DNA of 36,152 nt from IMG/VR virus record IMGVR_UViG_3300017766_000396, positions 1 through 36,152 of that record. One strand, 5' to 3'. The stretch is from a virus (Duplodnaviria; Caudoviricetes). The translations under genes and the position numbers were made by a program. The notes beneath the pieces are model-generated. The model saw only the letters and a list, made by a program, of their open reading frames with translations. It did not search any database and had not been told where the DNA came from. Of this stretch, positions 13,744 to 23,942 are shown piece by piece (within the stretch, counting starts at the first letter, position 1; every line of letters starts with the position of its first letter).

Positions 13744-15849
13744 TTAATCCTTCAATATGTCTGAAATTTTATTGCCTTTTTTGTTTTGCTCTACACCAGC
13801 ACCAAATTCAGTAGCTTTTTCTGCTTGTTTTTTATTTCTGCTTTTTTCCATAAATTGTGATCCTGCTCTAACAGCTTCACCAACAAAAGGAATATTTAAA
13901 CTAGCTCCAGCAACCTCCGCCGCCGCTGAACCATATCTTTGAAGCATATTTGCTCCTGCTGGCGCAGTATTTGAAAAATTAACAAATGAACCTTCAGGAG
14001 TTGATTTTGTAAGCCTGGAAACTTCAGCATAATCCAACAATTTAACAGAATTTTCTTTGCCAAATAAAGGCTCAAGTCTGCCATTTAATTGTAAATCTTC
14101 AATAAAGTTAGCCATCTTCATTGGATTAAGATTGCCACTACCATCGGTAGATTCACGAATCATGTAATCCATAGTGCCTTGAGCAAAGTTTTGTTTTGCA
14201 ACTGGATCTCTATTAAGAACTTCCATTGCTTGACCAAAGTAATCATTTTTAGATCGAAATGCCACTTTTGGAACAAAGTCTTTGCTGTCCAATCCACCAC
14301 GACTTGCTTGACCATAAAAATCGTTACTCTTTTCAAGGTCACGATTTGATTTAAATAAACTTCTAGCTTCATCAGCAACTGCTTTAATAGAACCAACTTC
14401 ATTAGCTAATGGTAAATTTTCTAATTCGTTTCTTACAACGCTTAAAGCATTTACAACATTTCCATCTCCACCTTTTTCGGCTTTTCTTGATTCTCTAGCA
14501 ATAATTGTTCTAAGTCTTTCAAATTTATTAAGATTCATTTGTGATTTGCCATCAGCATAATCATCAATTCTTTTCATAATTTGAGCAGGAACAAAGTCTT
14601 GTATGTCCTCAAGATCCAAAGCTTCTCTTGCGGATTTACCAAAAGCTTTACCATCAATTTCAAGCTTTCCGCCGCCAAGTTGTTTTAATTCTTCGTATTT
14701 AACTTCTGCTAATTTATCGTTTTTCTTAATTAAATCATCAATAGAATTAATAGCATTTGTTGAATTTTCAACATAAGAAAGCCCTTTTACATCAGGAGTA
14801 AACTCATTCTTGTAAATCTCGGCTCTTTCTTTAAGAATTTGATTTTGCTCATTAAATTTAGAAACAAGCTGTTCTTTAATGCCTCTATCATTTCTTTCTT
14901 GAGAAATAAGGTTTGCATCTTGCAGGGCTTGACCTTCTGTAAGCTGTAATCTAGGATCTACAGATAAGGCTTTATTTTGTCTAGCAACTGCTTCAGGATT
15001 TACAGAGCCTCCAGCTTGCTCAATTGTGTTTACCTTTTGAGCTAATGCAGGATTAAGGGCAGGGGCTTGTTGTGCCATGACTACTGGCTGTCCTGTAGCT
15101 GGATCAAGAACTTCAACAGCTTTAGGTGCAATAGGAGCAGTACCAGGTGCGCCACCAGCCGTTACTGGTTGTGCTGGCTCTCTTGTTAAATTAGCTCTTG
15201 CTTGGTCAAATTGATTTCTTACATCATTAATAGCATTTTTAACAATTGGTTTGCCAACCTCATAAGCTTTACCACCTCCAAGAATGGCAATGCTATTCAT
15301 CATGTTTGCCACATCTTCTTTTGGAAGCCCAGTTTGCTTTGATAGCCAATCTGCACCCTTGTCCATGTTTTCACCAATAAATTGATTAAAACGCTGGCTG
15401 GCTTCTTGTTTGTAAGCAGGATCTTCTGTAATTCCAAATACTTTACCAAATGGCTTGTCTAATGCACCTGATACAGTTTGTGCAATTTCAGCAGATCTTT
15501 CAGGGCTTGTGAAAGGTCTTACTACGGCTTGTGTTACATAACCAACCGCAGAAGGAATGGCAGAACCAATTGTTGTATCTAATACAGAAGCAACACCTTT
15601 GCCAACATCTTTCATAAAAGGACTATTAATTGCTTGTGATCCTATTGGATTTCTAGCAAAAAATTCTGTTCCTTTTAATACATTACTTGGTGTAGAAGAT
15701 GCTTGTGCAGCAATAGATTCAGCTTTATACGGCTTTAATTCAGTTAATAGTGAATTAATATCGTATTCTTTAGCTCCACCAGTTGCCGCATCTGATGATT
15801 TAATATTGCTTAATAAATCATTGATGTCATATTCTTGAGCAGTTGCCAT
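13744..15849 (-). CDS. Putative DNA ejection (internal virion) protein, largest of three
   Basis: 701-aa helical protein in the P22 gp16-equivalent position; assignment by synteny only. Confidence 0.6.
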   Translation of the reverse strand: MATAQEYDINDLLSNIKSSDAATGGAKEYDINSLLTELKPYKAESIAAQASSTPSNVLKGTEFFARNPIGSQAINSPFMKDVGKGVASVLDTTIGSAIPSAVGYVTQAVVRPFTSPERSAEIAQTVSGALDKPFGKVFGITEDPAYKQEASQRFNQFIGENMDKGADWLSKQTGLPKEDVANMMNSIAILGGGKAYEVGKPIVKNAINDVRNQFDQARANLTREPAQPVTAGGAPGTAPIAPKAVEVLDPATGQPVVMAQQAPALNPALAQKVNTIEQAGGSVNPEAVARQNKALSVDPRLQLTEGQALQDANLISQERNDRGIKEQLVSKFNEQNQILKERAEIYKNEFTPDVKGLSYVENSTNAINSIDDLIKKNDKLAEVKYEELKQLGGGKLEIDGKAFGKSAREALDLEDIQDFVPAQIMKRIDDYADGKSQMNLNKFERLRTIIARESRKAEKGGDGNVVNALSVVRNELENLPLANEVGSIKAVADEARSLFKSNRDLEKSNDFYGQASRGGLDSKDFVPKVAFRSKNDYFGQAMEVLNRDPVAKQNFAQGTMDYMIRESTDGSGNLNPMKMANFIEDLQLNGRLEPLFGKENSVKLLDYAEVSRLTKSTPEGSFVNFSNTAPAGANMLQRYGSAAAEVAGASLNIPFVGEAVRAGSQFMEKSRNKKQAEKATEFGAGVEQNKKGNKISDILKD

Positions 15850-17360
15850 TATTGACCTCCATTAACCAGCTTTAGGAGAGTTTGTCTTTGCAATTCAAGT
15901 TCTTGTCGTTTTTTTAGCGGCATAGAACCAAGGTCTTTTTGCAAAGCTTTTATGTCATCAGCATCTAAATTAACTTTTCCTTGCCCTTCGCCAACAATAG
16001 CAATGTATTTCATCAAAGCTGGATTTTGAGCCAATTTAGCAAATTGATTGTTAAATTCAGCAACACGACCAAAATTAGGGTTTGCTGGATTTCCGCCATT
16101 ATTAAGAACACCTTTGGCTTGCAATTCTTCAGTTGTAACCCAAGCATTATCTTGTCTAATTAAGTCCACTAATGCTTCTTTTTTAAGTTCTAAAGTGCCA
16201 TAAGCCTTACGCTTGGCATCAGCATCAGCATCAGATTTAGGAGATAAATTTTGAACTCTTTGGGCTAAATATTTAGCCAACTCTTGTTCTTTTGCACTCA
16301 AGTTTTCTTGTCTAATTTTTCCAGCAATATAGCTTTGAACAGATCCAGTATTAACGCTTGGGTCTTTTAATAAAGTTAATATATTTCCGTTAATAGTTTT
16401 AACAGTAGGTATATGTCCAAATTCACTTCTTGGGTTATTAAACTGATCTTGAGCTTTAGCTACTGCTTGTTGAGTTTGTGCAACTCTAGCGTTAAAGTTT
16501 GCAGGAGATTCATTAGCACCTTGCGTAAGCTGATCGGATACTGGCTTTGCTCTAGGAGCTTGTGGATTAACTTGTGGCTGAACATTACCCTGTGGCTGAA
16601 CATTTGTTCCTGAAGTTCCCATAGTATTTAATGGAACAGTATTTCCGCTACCAACTTGAGGCTGGCTGCCAGGCTGTCTGCCACCGCCAATAACAGTAGG
16701 TTGCCCTGTAATTGGGTTTGCAAATACTTGAGGAGTAATAGTTGTAGCTATTGCTGGCCCTGTTTGTGCTCCTGGAGCAACTCCAGTAACTGTTTGGTTT
16801 CCTGTTGCCGTAGGAACAATAGCACCACCCACATTAGTTAATGTAGATGCTGGATAAAGCTTATCCATTTGTGATTGAGCAGACAATGTAGAAGCTAAAT
16901 TACTAGCCAAATAAGCTTGATAATCTTTTGTAGTTCCCTTTTCAGGCAACCCTTGTAATGCCTGTTTAACAGCATCAGGCCCTAAATTAAAATCTTTAGC
17001 GTGTTGAATTGTTGCTTGAATAATGTCATCAGCATTTAAATTAGGCTTTTGAAATAATTTTTGTTGTTGCTGTACAGCAGATTCTAATTGTTTTCGGTTG
17101 TATGCTAATTGTTCACCACCTAAAGCAACATCTGCCCTTTTAGTTCCTAATTGTGCTGTTTCAGATTCAGCTTTTGCTCTAGCAACATCTGCATCATAAG
17201 TTGCTTTTGCTTTTTTTAAGGCTTGTTGCTGCGTATCAATAGTAAGCATATTGCCCAAAGTGGACAAAAGGTTGCCGCTTGAACCGCCTAATTGAACATT
17301 TTGTGGGGCAGCAAATGCTTGCTGATTTACATTGGTACTAGGGGAAAATTCAAAAGCCAT
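15849..17360 (-). CDS. Putative DNA ejection protein
   Basis: Gln/Ala-rich 503 aa in the gp20-equivalent position; assignment by synteny. Confidence 0.6.
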   Translation of the reverse strand: MAFEFSPSTNVNQQAFAAPQNVQLGGSSGNLLSTLGNMLTIDTQQQALKKAKATYDADVARAKAESETAQLGTKRADVALGGEQLAYNRKQLESAVQQQQKLFQKPNLNADDIIQATIQHAKDFNLGPDAVKQALQGLPEKGTTKDYQAYLASNLASTLSAQSQMDKLYPASTLTNVGGAIVPTATGNQTVTGVAPGAQTGPAIATTITPQVFANPITGQPTVIGGGRQPGSQPQVGSGNTVPLNTMGTSGTNVQPQGNVQPQVNPQAPRAKPVSDQLTQGANESPANFNARVAQTQQAVAKAQDQFNNPRSEFGHIPTVKTINGNILTLLKDPSVNTGSVQSYIAGKIRQENLSAKEQELAKYLAQRVQNLSPKSDADADAKRKAYGTLELKKEALVDLIRQDNAWVTTEELQAKGVLNNGGNPANPNFGRVAEFNNQFAKLAQNPALMKYIAIVGEGQGKVNLDADDIKALQKDLGSMPLKKRQELELQRQTLLKLVNGGQ

Positions 17361-17375
17361 TTTTTTATCCTAATC

Positions 17376-18194
17376 TTATGTTCTTAAAAAGTCAGCAATA
17401 GAACCAAGACCTTGACCACCTTGATTGTATTGAGCAACTGAATTTTCAGCCGCCCTTTGACCAGCAGTAATGTTATTTCCAGCCAGTATGTTGCCTTGAC
17501 CAGTATAGGTACTAGCCAAACTATTGCCTTGCCCAATGTTCATATTAGCCAAATTACCACCTTGATTGGCATATAGATTGGATAGAGCAGAGCCGTAACC
17601 ACTTTGTATATTAGCCAAAGCCGTTGTAGGGGCAGCAGCCATGCTGGATGTGGAATTTAAATTACCAAAAATGTTATTTCTTTGGCTGTTAAAGTTTTCA
17701 AAAGCTTTTTGATAAGCATTTTGTGCAAAGTTTTGTGTAAAAGTATTTAGACCTTGCAGGGCATTGCCACTAAGCATACCACCACCAGTATTTGCCATAG
17801 CAGCAGCATTACCCTGGCCTTGCTTTAATTGAAAATCATAATTAGGAGCAAGATTGCTTTGCAAATCCTGGTTATTAAATTGTCTAGTGCCATAACCTGA
17901 AGAAATAAGATCACTCAAAGCATTATTAGAAGTATTAGCTACATTTCCATAAGACTGTAATGTTCCTGTGGCAACAGGATAAGCATCTCTAAGTGCTTGA
18001 CCAGCATTAGAGTATTGATTATTAAAGTTGGTTTGTGCGTTGTTATAGCCAGCATTTAATTCATTTCTAGCTTGCCCATAGGAATCTTTAATAATGCCAG
18101 CAGCATTTGAAAAGCCCTGTTGCTGCTGTCTATTACCAGTATCAATACCAGCAATATTAGCTATATTTCCAATGACGGATGATATTGCGCCCAT
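17376..18194 (-). CDS. Putative DNA ejection/pilot protein (gp7-like)
   Basis: Gln/Asn/Gly-rich; PNYDFQLKQG...GGMLSGNALQGL motif. Confidence 0.68.
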   Translation of the reverse strand: MGAISSVIGNIANIAGIDTGNRQQQQGFSNAAGIIKDSYGQARNELNAGYNNAQTNFNNQYSNAGQALRDAYPVATGTLQSYGNVANTSNNALSDLISSGYGTRQFNNQDLQSNLAPNYDFQLKQGQGNAAAMANTGGGMLSGNALQGLNTFTQNFAQNAYQKAFENFNSQRNNIFGNLNSTSSMAAAPTTALANIQSGYGSALSNLYANQGGNLANMNIGQGNSLASTYTGQGNILAGNNITAGQRAAENSVAQYNQGGQGLGSIADFLRT

Positions 18195-18203
18195 TTATTT
18201 CTC

Positions 18204-18671
18204 CTAGTGCCTAATTATCGGCTGTTGCAACAATTTAGTAAATACTTTATCCATTGGTTTGCATCCTAAATATTTAAAAATACTAGAATTATCGTAACCA
18301 ACCTTGGTAGCGTATAAAACTAAATCCACTCCAATATCTTTCAAATAATCCTGTGCAAACTTAAACATTTTAATGCCGTTAAATCCTTTTCTGTATTCAG
18401 GCTTTAGGAAATACAAATCCTCATGAGCCGTTAAACAGTTTTTATAATGAATGTGCGGCATTACAAAAAACACTATATAACCCACTAATTCATCACCATC
18501 TTTAGCCGATACAAATACCAGCTTCTTGCTGTTATACAAAGATTCGTATGTGTCGTAATCTATGTCCAAACCAAAATCTTTTAATGTTTCAACTTCTTCA
18601 TAATGCTGACCAATAATTGCCTTAAATTTAGGCAAATTTTCTATCCAATCATCAACTTTGTAAGTAATCAT
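18204..18671 (-). CDS. GNAT-fold acetyltransferase-like protein
   Basis: DGDELVGYIVF...EDLYFLKPEYRKGFNGIKMF (acetyl-CoA-binding motif A). Confidence 0.78.
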   Translation of the reverse strand: MITYKVDDWIENLPKFKAIIGQHYEEVETLKDFGLDIDYDTYESLYNSKKLVFVSAKDGDELVGYIVFFVMPHIHYKNCLTAHEDLYFLKPEYRKGFNGIKMFKFAQDYLKDIGVDLVLYATKVGYDNSSIFKYLGCKPMDKVFTKLLQQPIIRH

Positions 18672-18910
18672 GGATTGTAATAAGGCACTTTATAGGGTTT
18701 ACCCTCAATCGTAACATTCATAAATCCTACTGGATTAGCTGGCAAAGTAGCTGCCCCTGTAGTTGCAGTAGGAGATGATGTACCATTCATCAAATTTAAG
18801 AAGAACTGAATCCATGCTCTGCTTGGCCTATTAATAGGAGGAGCATCCAAAAAATCAGTTTGGGGCAAAGGATTTGCAGTATTTCCAGCAAAGATTTGAT
18901 TGACAGCCAT
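18668..18910 (-). CDS. Small virion-module protein
   Basis: PSRAWIQFFLNL and ATLPANPVGF...KVPYY; directly after the gp10-like gene. Confidence 0.7.
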   Translation of the reverse strand: MAVNQIFAGNTANPLPQTDFLDAPPINRPSRAWIQFFLNLMNGTSSPTATTGAATLPANPVGFMNVTIEGKPYKVPYYNP

Positions 18911-20895
18911 TAATTATCTCCTTGTGAGCCTTTTAGATTGGCAGAAATAATGACAGCTTTAATTGGGTCTGTCACTACAACCTCAAAAATTCTATCTCTA
19001 GCTGTTCCAAGCCTTCTCCACATTGCACGATGTCTATATTTACCTTGCTGTCCAATGTCTTGCCAATACTCTTTAGACCAAGTAGAGCCGCCATCATTTG
19101 ACCAACGCAGCATAGCTTTAGGGTCAAATAGCACATCATTAGGTCTAATTTGACCAGCATAGCCTAAAACATAGATTTCTTGCAATTCTAATGTCAATGG
19201 CTCATCCAAAGGAATAGTGTAAGGATTGCCTAAATAAGTATTTCTATCTCTAGAAAAGCCTCCAGTTCCAACTCCAGGCTGGAACTGAATTTGCAATTCA
19301 TCAAAGAATTGCCTTTGCAGATCAGCAACCAAATGAGGAGCTCTACGCAATCTGCGTATTTCATCGCCATTATCTGTGTAAACAGATTGGTCTAATTGGT
19401 ATAGGTTGCCATTTTCCCAATCACCTACAACTACGATTCCTTGGAAAACAGCCGCACAATTACTGCGATGGCGATGGTAAACATTGTTTTGATCTACCCA
19501 AAGCCATTTGTGCCATAAGCCAGTAGTAAAGTCAAAAGCCCAAGTAATGTCTATTGTAGGAAAACTAACGACATAAACTTCATGTCCTTCTAGCTGGTAT
19601 GTGTAAGCTATAGCATCAGAAGTATATTGATCTAAAAGGCTGTTTTCAACGGCATGAGTAGAAATACGCTGTGGTGTATAGCCATTCATCAAAACTATCT
19701 GATTTAAGCCACGAATGTTTTGCGAAACATAGGCAAATGAAGATCCTACTCTAGCTACTGAATATGGGGCTACGATACCTTGTTGAGTAGAGCTTCCAGG
19801 AATCCTTTGATAGGCTAAAGGAAATGTGCCTTGGTCATTCCAAACTTCGGTAGATTTTTCACCTAAAAGATAAAGCTGACCATTGTTGGCTATTAAAGAC
19901 ACCAAGTTATCAGGAGAAGTGAATTTGCTACCAAAGCTCAAAGGCTGTGTAATAGGGCTTAAAAGGTCAGAAACAGCAAATTGCTGGCTTTCAGGTCTGC
20001 TGTAGATAAAGTAATTGTCATTAACATCAACTACAGTACCGCCTTCAAAAGCTCCATCTGTGGATGGCAGCACAGTAAATTGCTGTGCATACATTGTTCT
20101 TGAAGAAAGAGTTAATGATCCACCGCTTAAAATGTATGTTCCAGCACCACCAGTACCAGTACCTAAAGCCGTAATAATTGTTCCTGTTGGTATTCCTGCA
20201 CCAGTAATAGTTGTTCCTATGGAAATAGTTCCAAAAGAAACGGCAGAAACTGTCAGGGTTACAACTGAACCAGCAGTTGCAATAGAACCAGTTAATACTG
20301 TATTGGCGGCATCAGCATAAAAAACCTCTGAAGGAATATTTTGCGAATTATTAACAGTCCAAGTATTTCCTGAACCAGCAGTAATAATTGTGCCTTCCAA
20401 TACACCTACACCATAAATTTGCGATCCAACAGTTATAGCACCTGATGTTACGCTGCTTACATTTAATGTTGTTCCTGAGATTGATCCATTGAAAGTAGTG
20501 CTATCAGGAGAACCAATTAACCAAGAATAACGATTTGCACCATCTACGATATAAACATAGATACCATTATCAGTAATGCTGATAGGGCCTGTAGTGGTTA
20601 AAAGCTGACCAATAATTGCAGATGTTGCATTGTAGGCAACTGAATAAACATATTGACCGCATACAGCAATTAATTGTGAGCCTCCTGAAGATATAGTTCT
20701 AAGACCACGAACAGGCTCATCAGGCTGTAAATTGGTTAAAAACTTTAAGCCTGGAGTTGGATAAAGGGCAACAACACCTCTTTCTCCTGGCTGTTTTGTA
20801 GGATCTACTTCAGGCCGCCAATTAATACATTCTTGGTCATTTTGATAGATGGAAGGGGCTGTGTAGGATGCTCCTACAAATCCAAAGTCAGCCAT
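18910..20895 (-). CDS. P22 gp10-like tail hub / packaged-DNA stabilisation protein
   Basis: Start at MADFGFVGASY; LYPTPGL, RISTHAVE, AMLRWSNDGGSTWS and WRRLGTARDRIFEV motifs. Confidence 0.85.
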   Translation of the reverse strand: MADFGFVGASYTAPSIYQNDQECINWRPEVDPTKQPGERGVVALYPTPGLKFLTNLQPDEPVRGLRTISSGGSQLIAVCGQYVYSVAYNATSAIIGQLLTTTGPISITDNGIYVYIVDGANRYSWLIGSPDSTTFNGSISGTTLNVSSVTSGAITVGSQIYGVGVLEGTIITAGSGNTWTVNNSQNIPSEVFYADAANTVLTGSIATAGSVVTLTVSAVSFGTISIGTTITGAGIPTGTIITALGTGTGGAGTYILSGGSLTLSSRTMYAQQFTVLPSTDGAFEGGTVVDVNDNYFIYSRPESQQFAVSDLLSPITQPLSFGSKFTSPDNLVSLIANNGQLYLLGEKSTEVWNDQGTFPLAYQRIPGSSTQQGIVAPYSVARVGSSFAYVSQNIRGLNQIVLMNGYTPQRISTHAVENSLLDQYTSDAIAYTYQLEGHEVYVVSFPTIDITWAFDFTTGLWHKWLWVDQNNVYHRHRSNCAAVFQGIVVVGDWENGNLYQLDQSVYTDNGDEIRRLRRAPHLVADLQRQFFDELQIQFQPGVGTGGFSRDRNTYLGNPYTIPLDEPLTLELQEIYVLGYAGQIRPNDVLFDPKAMLRWSNDGGSTWSKEYWQDIGQQGKYRHRAMWRRLGTARDRIFEVVVTDPIKAVIISANLKGSQGDN

Positions 20896-22094
20896 TATCC
20901 TGTAAATCCACCAGTTAGAATCCAACCAGCATCTCTAGCTCTACCTGAAAGCATTGCATCAGGATAACTAGCAACAATAACTGGCTTCATATTTGTGCGT
21001 TTTAAAGTAGCTTTTGCTTGAGCAGCATACGCATTAATCATGCCAATTTGAACTGTAGAAACTTTGCCGTACATAGGCATCATTCGTTCAGCTAAATTCC
21101 AACGCAAAGCCATCGAATAGCCTTGTGGAAATACCAAATCTTCATACAAATTGTCATAAGTGCTAAACAAAGTTTGGGCAAATATGTGCATTTCTCCTTG
21201 AGAAGGATTAGGCCATACAGTTACATTGCCTGAATCTGCTCCAGGATTAAAGTAAAGAGCTTTAGGCCAAGGGCCATTTAAACTTTTTAATCCAATTTGA
21301 TTGTAATTGTCTAAAGCTAAAAGGCTAACTTGATAATCTAATCCGCCATTCAAAATAGGCTGACCATTGCTGGTAGTGTTTACCCTTACAAAAGCACTAT
21401 CAATACCTAATGGCTTTTGATAGTAAAGGGTAATAGGAATATCGGTTACAGAAGCACCCATAGTGGTACTAGCAACAGTTTGGCTTGTGCTTACTGTGTA
21501 TGTACCAACTCCACCGCTTGCGCTGATTACAGAGCTTATAGTCGTTCCTGAAGTAACTCCTGTGCCTGTAAGAGTTGCCCCTGCTCCAATATAACCAGCA
21601 GAAACAGCAGTTACAGTTAAAGTAGTTCCTGAGATTGAGCCTGTAAATACGGCTGGAGGAGTAGTTGCATCATTATTAAGCCTGTAAGTACCAGCTTCGT
21701 TTACATTGCCGCCAGCACCAGTTAAAAACTCAACAATCTTGGTATTTACACCATTAACACCAATACCGCTTAAAGTTTGCCCTTGGGCTACTGCACCAGT
21801 AGTAACTCCAGTTACAGTTAAAATTTTGCCTGAAATTGAGCCTGTAATGGAAGCACCAATGTAATTTGCCGTACTAGGATCAGGGCCAATAGTGTATTGA
21901 AATTGACCTGGAATGACAGGAAATACAATTTCTGTGATGTTATAAACCATCATGTTCTCATTTGACCATTGGTCAATAAGATCATTAAGCATTTCTAAGC
22001 CATCTTGAGCCGCTTCAGGAGTTGGAACTTCACCAGCTTCTAATGCTCCAATGTCTTTTAAAGCTCTTGAAATAATGTCTATAGGCTGTGTCAT
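20895..22094 (-). CDS. P22 gp4-like head-to-tail adaptor with inserted beta modules
   Basis: DIISRALKDIGAL..GE.PT....QDGLEMLNDLIDQW and FPQGYSMALRWNLAERMMPMYG. Confidence 0.8.
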   Translation of the reverse strand: MTQPIDIISRALKDIGALEAGEVPTPEAAQDGLEMLNDLIDQWSNENMMVYNITEIVFPVIPGQFQYTIGPDPSTANYIGASITGSISGKILTVTGVTTGAVAQGQTLSGIGVNGVNTKIVEFLTGAGGNVNEAGTYRLNNDATTPPAVFTGSISGTTLTVTAVSAGYIGAGATLTGTGVTSGTTISSVISASGGVGTYTVSTSQTVASTTMGASVTDIPITLYYQKPLGIDSAFVRVNTTSNGQPILNGGLDYQVSLLALDNYNQIGLKSLNGPWPKALYFNPGADSGNVTVWPNPSQGEMHIFAQTLFSTYDNLYEDLVFPQGYSMALRWNLAERMMPMYGKVSTVQIGMINAYAAQAKATLKRTNMKPVIVASYPDAMLSGRARDAGWILTGGFTG

Positions 22095-22103
22095 ATTATT
22101 CCA

Positions 22104-22418
22104 CTAAATTTTTACTGTAAATGTAGGCTTAATCCAAGGCTTTTTGATAGTATTTTGCTGATTTAAGCTGGTTAATTGCTTTTCTAAATTACTTTCAATA
22201 ATACAAGATTCATCAATAATTGACTCTTTTTTTATCCAATCAATAATGTCTTTTTCAATGGTCTGATCTATTACTTTGTGGGTTTTATCTTTAAAAAACC
22301 AGTTTCCTTCGGTTGTAACAGAATTAGATTCATCAGAGGCAATTACTCTGTATTTCACTTGAGCTAATGCCTCTGATTCTTCAATTAAATCTAAAATAGA
22401 CCATTTAAAAGCTATCAT
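22104..22418 (-). CDS. Hypothetical tail-associated protein
   Basis: FKWSI.DL...EKDIIDWIK...LEKQL...KPW; coupled to the fibre gene. Confidence 0.7.
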   Translation of the reverse strand: MIAFKWSILDLIEESEALAQVKYRVIASDESNSVTTEGNWFFKDKTHKVIDQTIEKDIIDWIKKESIIDESCIIESNLEKQLTSLNQQNTIKKPWIKPTFTVKI

Positions 22419-23572
22419 CCTGTGTATGTTCCTGAACTTGAATAGACCAATACAGTATTGTCACCAACAGTTGTAATTGTTGGAGAGCCAGTAGTTGTTC
22501 CTGAATAGCTTGCAGTTGGAACAGAAAGGATTACAACACCTGATCCGCCATTGCCAGGATTAGAAGTGCTTTGTGATCCACCGCCTCCTGCTCCACGATT
22601 AGCTGTTCCTGCTGTAGCTGAACCTGAACCTGAAGAACCATTACCACCAATTCCGCTACCGCCTGTACCGCCTACTGGAGTTCCAGGAGAACCAATAGAT
22701 GCTCCACCGCCACCAGCAGCATAATAAAGAACGCTTCCAGTAATATTTGAAGTTAAACCAGCACCTCCGCTACCGCCTGAATAAGAGCCAGCATTACCTC
22801 CGCTACCGCCAGCACCGCCTCCTCCACCAGCAGCAGTATTACCATTTCCGTCTACGAATACGCTAGTTGTTCCTTGTCCGCCACTAAAGCCTTGACCTGA
22901 CACTCCAGCACCGCCAGCAGCACCAGTTCCAGTTCCTGAATTGTCTAAACCGCAACCGCCACCACCTGATCCACCAGCACCGCCAGGACTAGATGCTCCG
23001 CCACCATAACCACCGCCTGAAGCAACCAAAGCAGTAGCAAGACTTGAATTAGAACCAGCACTTCCAGGCTGCCCTGTTCCGTTATTTGCACCACCAGCAC
23101 CAATAGTAATTGTGTAAGAAGTGCCTACAGTTAATGCAACAGTAGATACCAAGAAACCGCCTCCGCCACCGCCACCACCTGAATAATTCCAGCTACCGCC
23201 TGAACCACCGCCAGCAACAGCTAAAGCATAAATGTTGTAGTTTGGAGGAGTTGTAGACGATAATTTTATCCATTGATTTCCTGCATAAGCCTCAATATAG
23301 CCACTTGAATCTGTGTTATATCGAATCATGCCGTTTACAGGGGAAGAAGGTCTTTGAACAGTATTACCTACAGATAGCAAAACTGCACCAGTAGATGTAA
23401 ATGCTCCTTGACCAGTAACAGTTAGATTATTAACAGTTAAGTTATTGCTGCTATCAGTAATTAGCAAAGTACCATTTTCGGCAGGAAGCGTTACAGTTAC
23501 ATCACTTGCTGTATCAGCATTAGTTAATGTGACTGAGCCGCCTGATGGCCCTAAAAATATTAAATCGGACAT
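22415..23572 (-). CDS. Glycine-rich tail-fibre-like protein
   Basis: TLPAENGT, GNTVQRPSSPVNGMIRYNTD and one Gly-rich domain (VAGGGSGG...GGSGVVIL). Confidence 0.75.
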   Translation of the reverse strand: MSDLIFLGPSGGSVTLTNADTASDVTVTLPAENGTLLITDSSNNLTVNNLTVTGQGAFTSTGAVLLSVGNTVQRPSSPVNGMIRYNTDSSGYIEAYAGNQWIKLSSTTPPNYNIYALAVAGGGSGGSWNYSGGGGGGGGFLVSTVALTVGTSYTITIGAGGANNGTGQPGSAGSNSSLATALVASGGGYGGGASSPGGAGGSGGGGCGLDNSGTGTGAAGGAGVSGQGFSGGQGTTSVFVDGNGNTAAGGGGGAGGSGGNAGSYSGGSGGAGLTSNITGSVLYYAAGGGGASIGSPGTPVGGTGGSGIGGNGSSGSGSATAGTANRGAGGGGSQSTSNPGNGGSGVVILSVPTASYSGTTTGSPTITTVGDNTVLVYSSSGTYTG

Positions 23573-23582
23573 AATTTATTCC

Positions 23583-23933
23583 TTAAATAGCAACCCAAGA
23601 TTGTGTAGCTTCATTCCAAGAGTATTGTTTTCCGTCTGTTGGCATAGCTACTGGAGCTACCCAAAGATAACTATCTTGATCTAATGTCCAGCTTGGATAA
23701 GGCTGTGGTGCAGCAAATCCTGTGCCATCGTATGTATAGCCAATTCCAGCATAGTTTTTGTTTAAAGCAACTCCGCCATCAGGCTGACCATCAACACCAT
23801 AATGAACACCGCCTCTAGTGTTATAGCTAGTCTGAACCCATCCATGACCGACAGCACCACTATCAATAAAATCTTGATCGGCTACGATTACTTGGGTTAC
23901 TACTTGATTTTCTATTTTAGCGAAATGTGCCAT
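23583..23933 (-). CDS. Conserved fibre-associated protein (possible chaperone)
   Basis: MAHFAKI...VTQVIV...WVQTSYN...NYAGIGYTYD...PQPYPSW...WVAPVAMP. Confidence 0.75.
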   Translation of the reverse strand: MAHFAKIENQVVTQVIVADQDFIDSGAVGHGWVQTSYNTRGGVHYGVDGQPDGGVALNKNYAGIGYTYDGTGFAAPQPYPSWTLDQDSYLWVAPVAMPTDGKQYSWNEATQSWVAI

Positions 23934-23942
23934 ATTGTTTCC

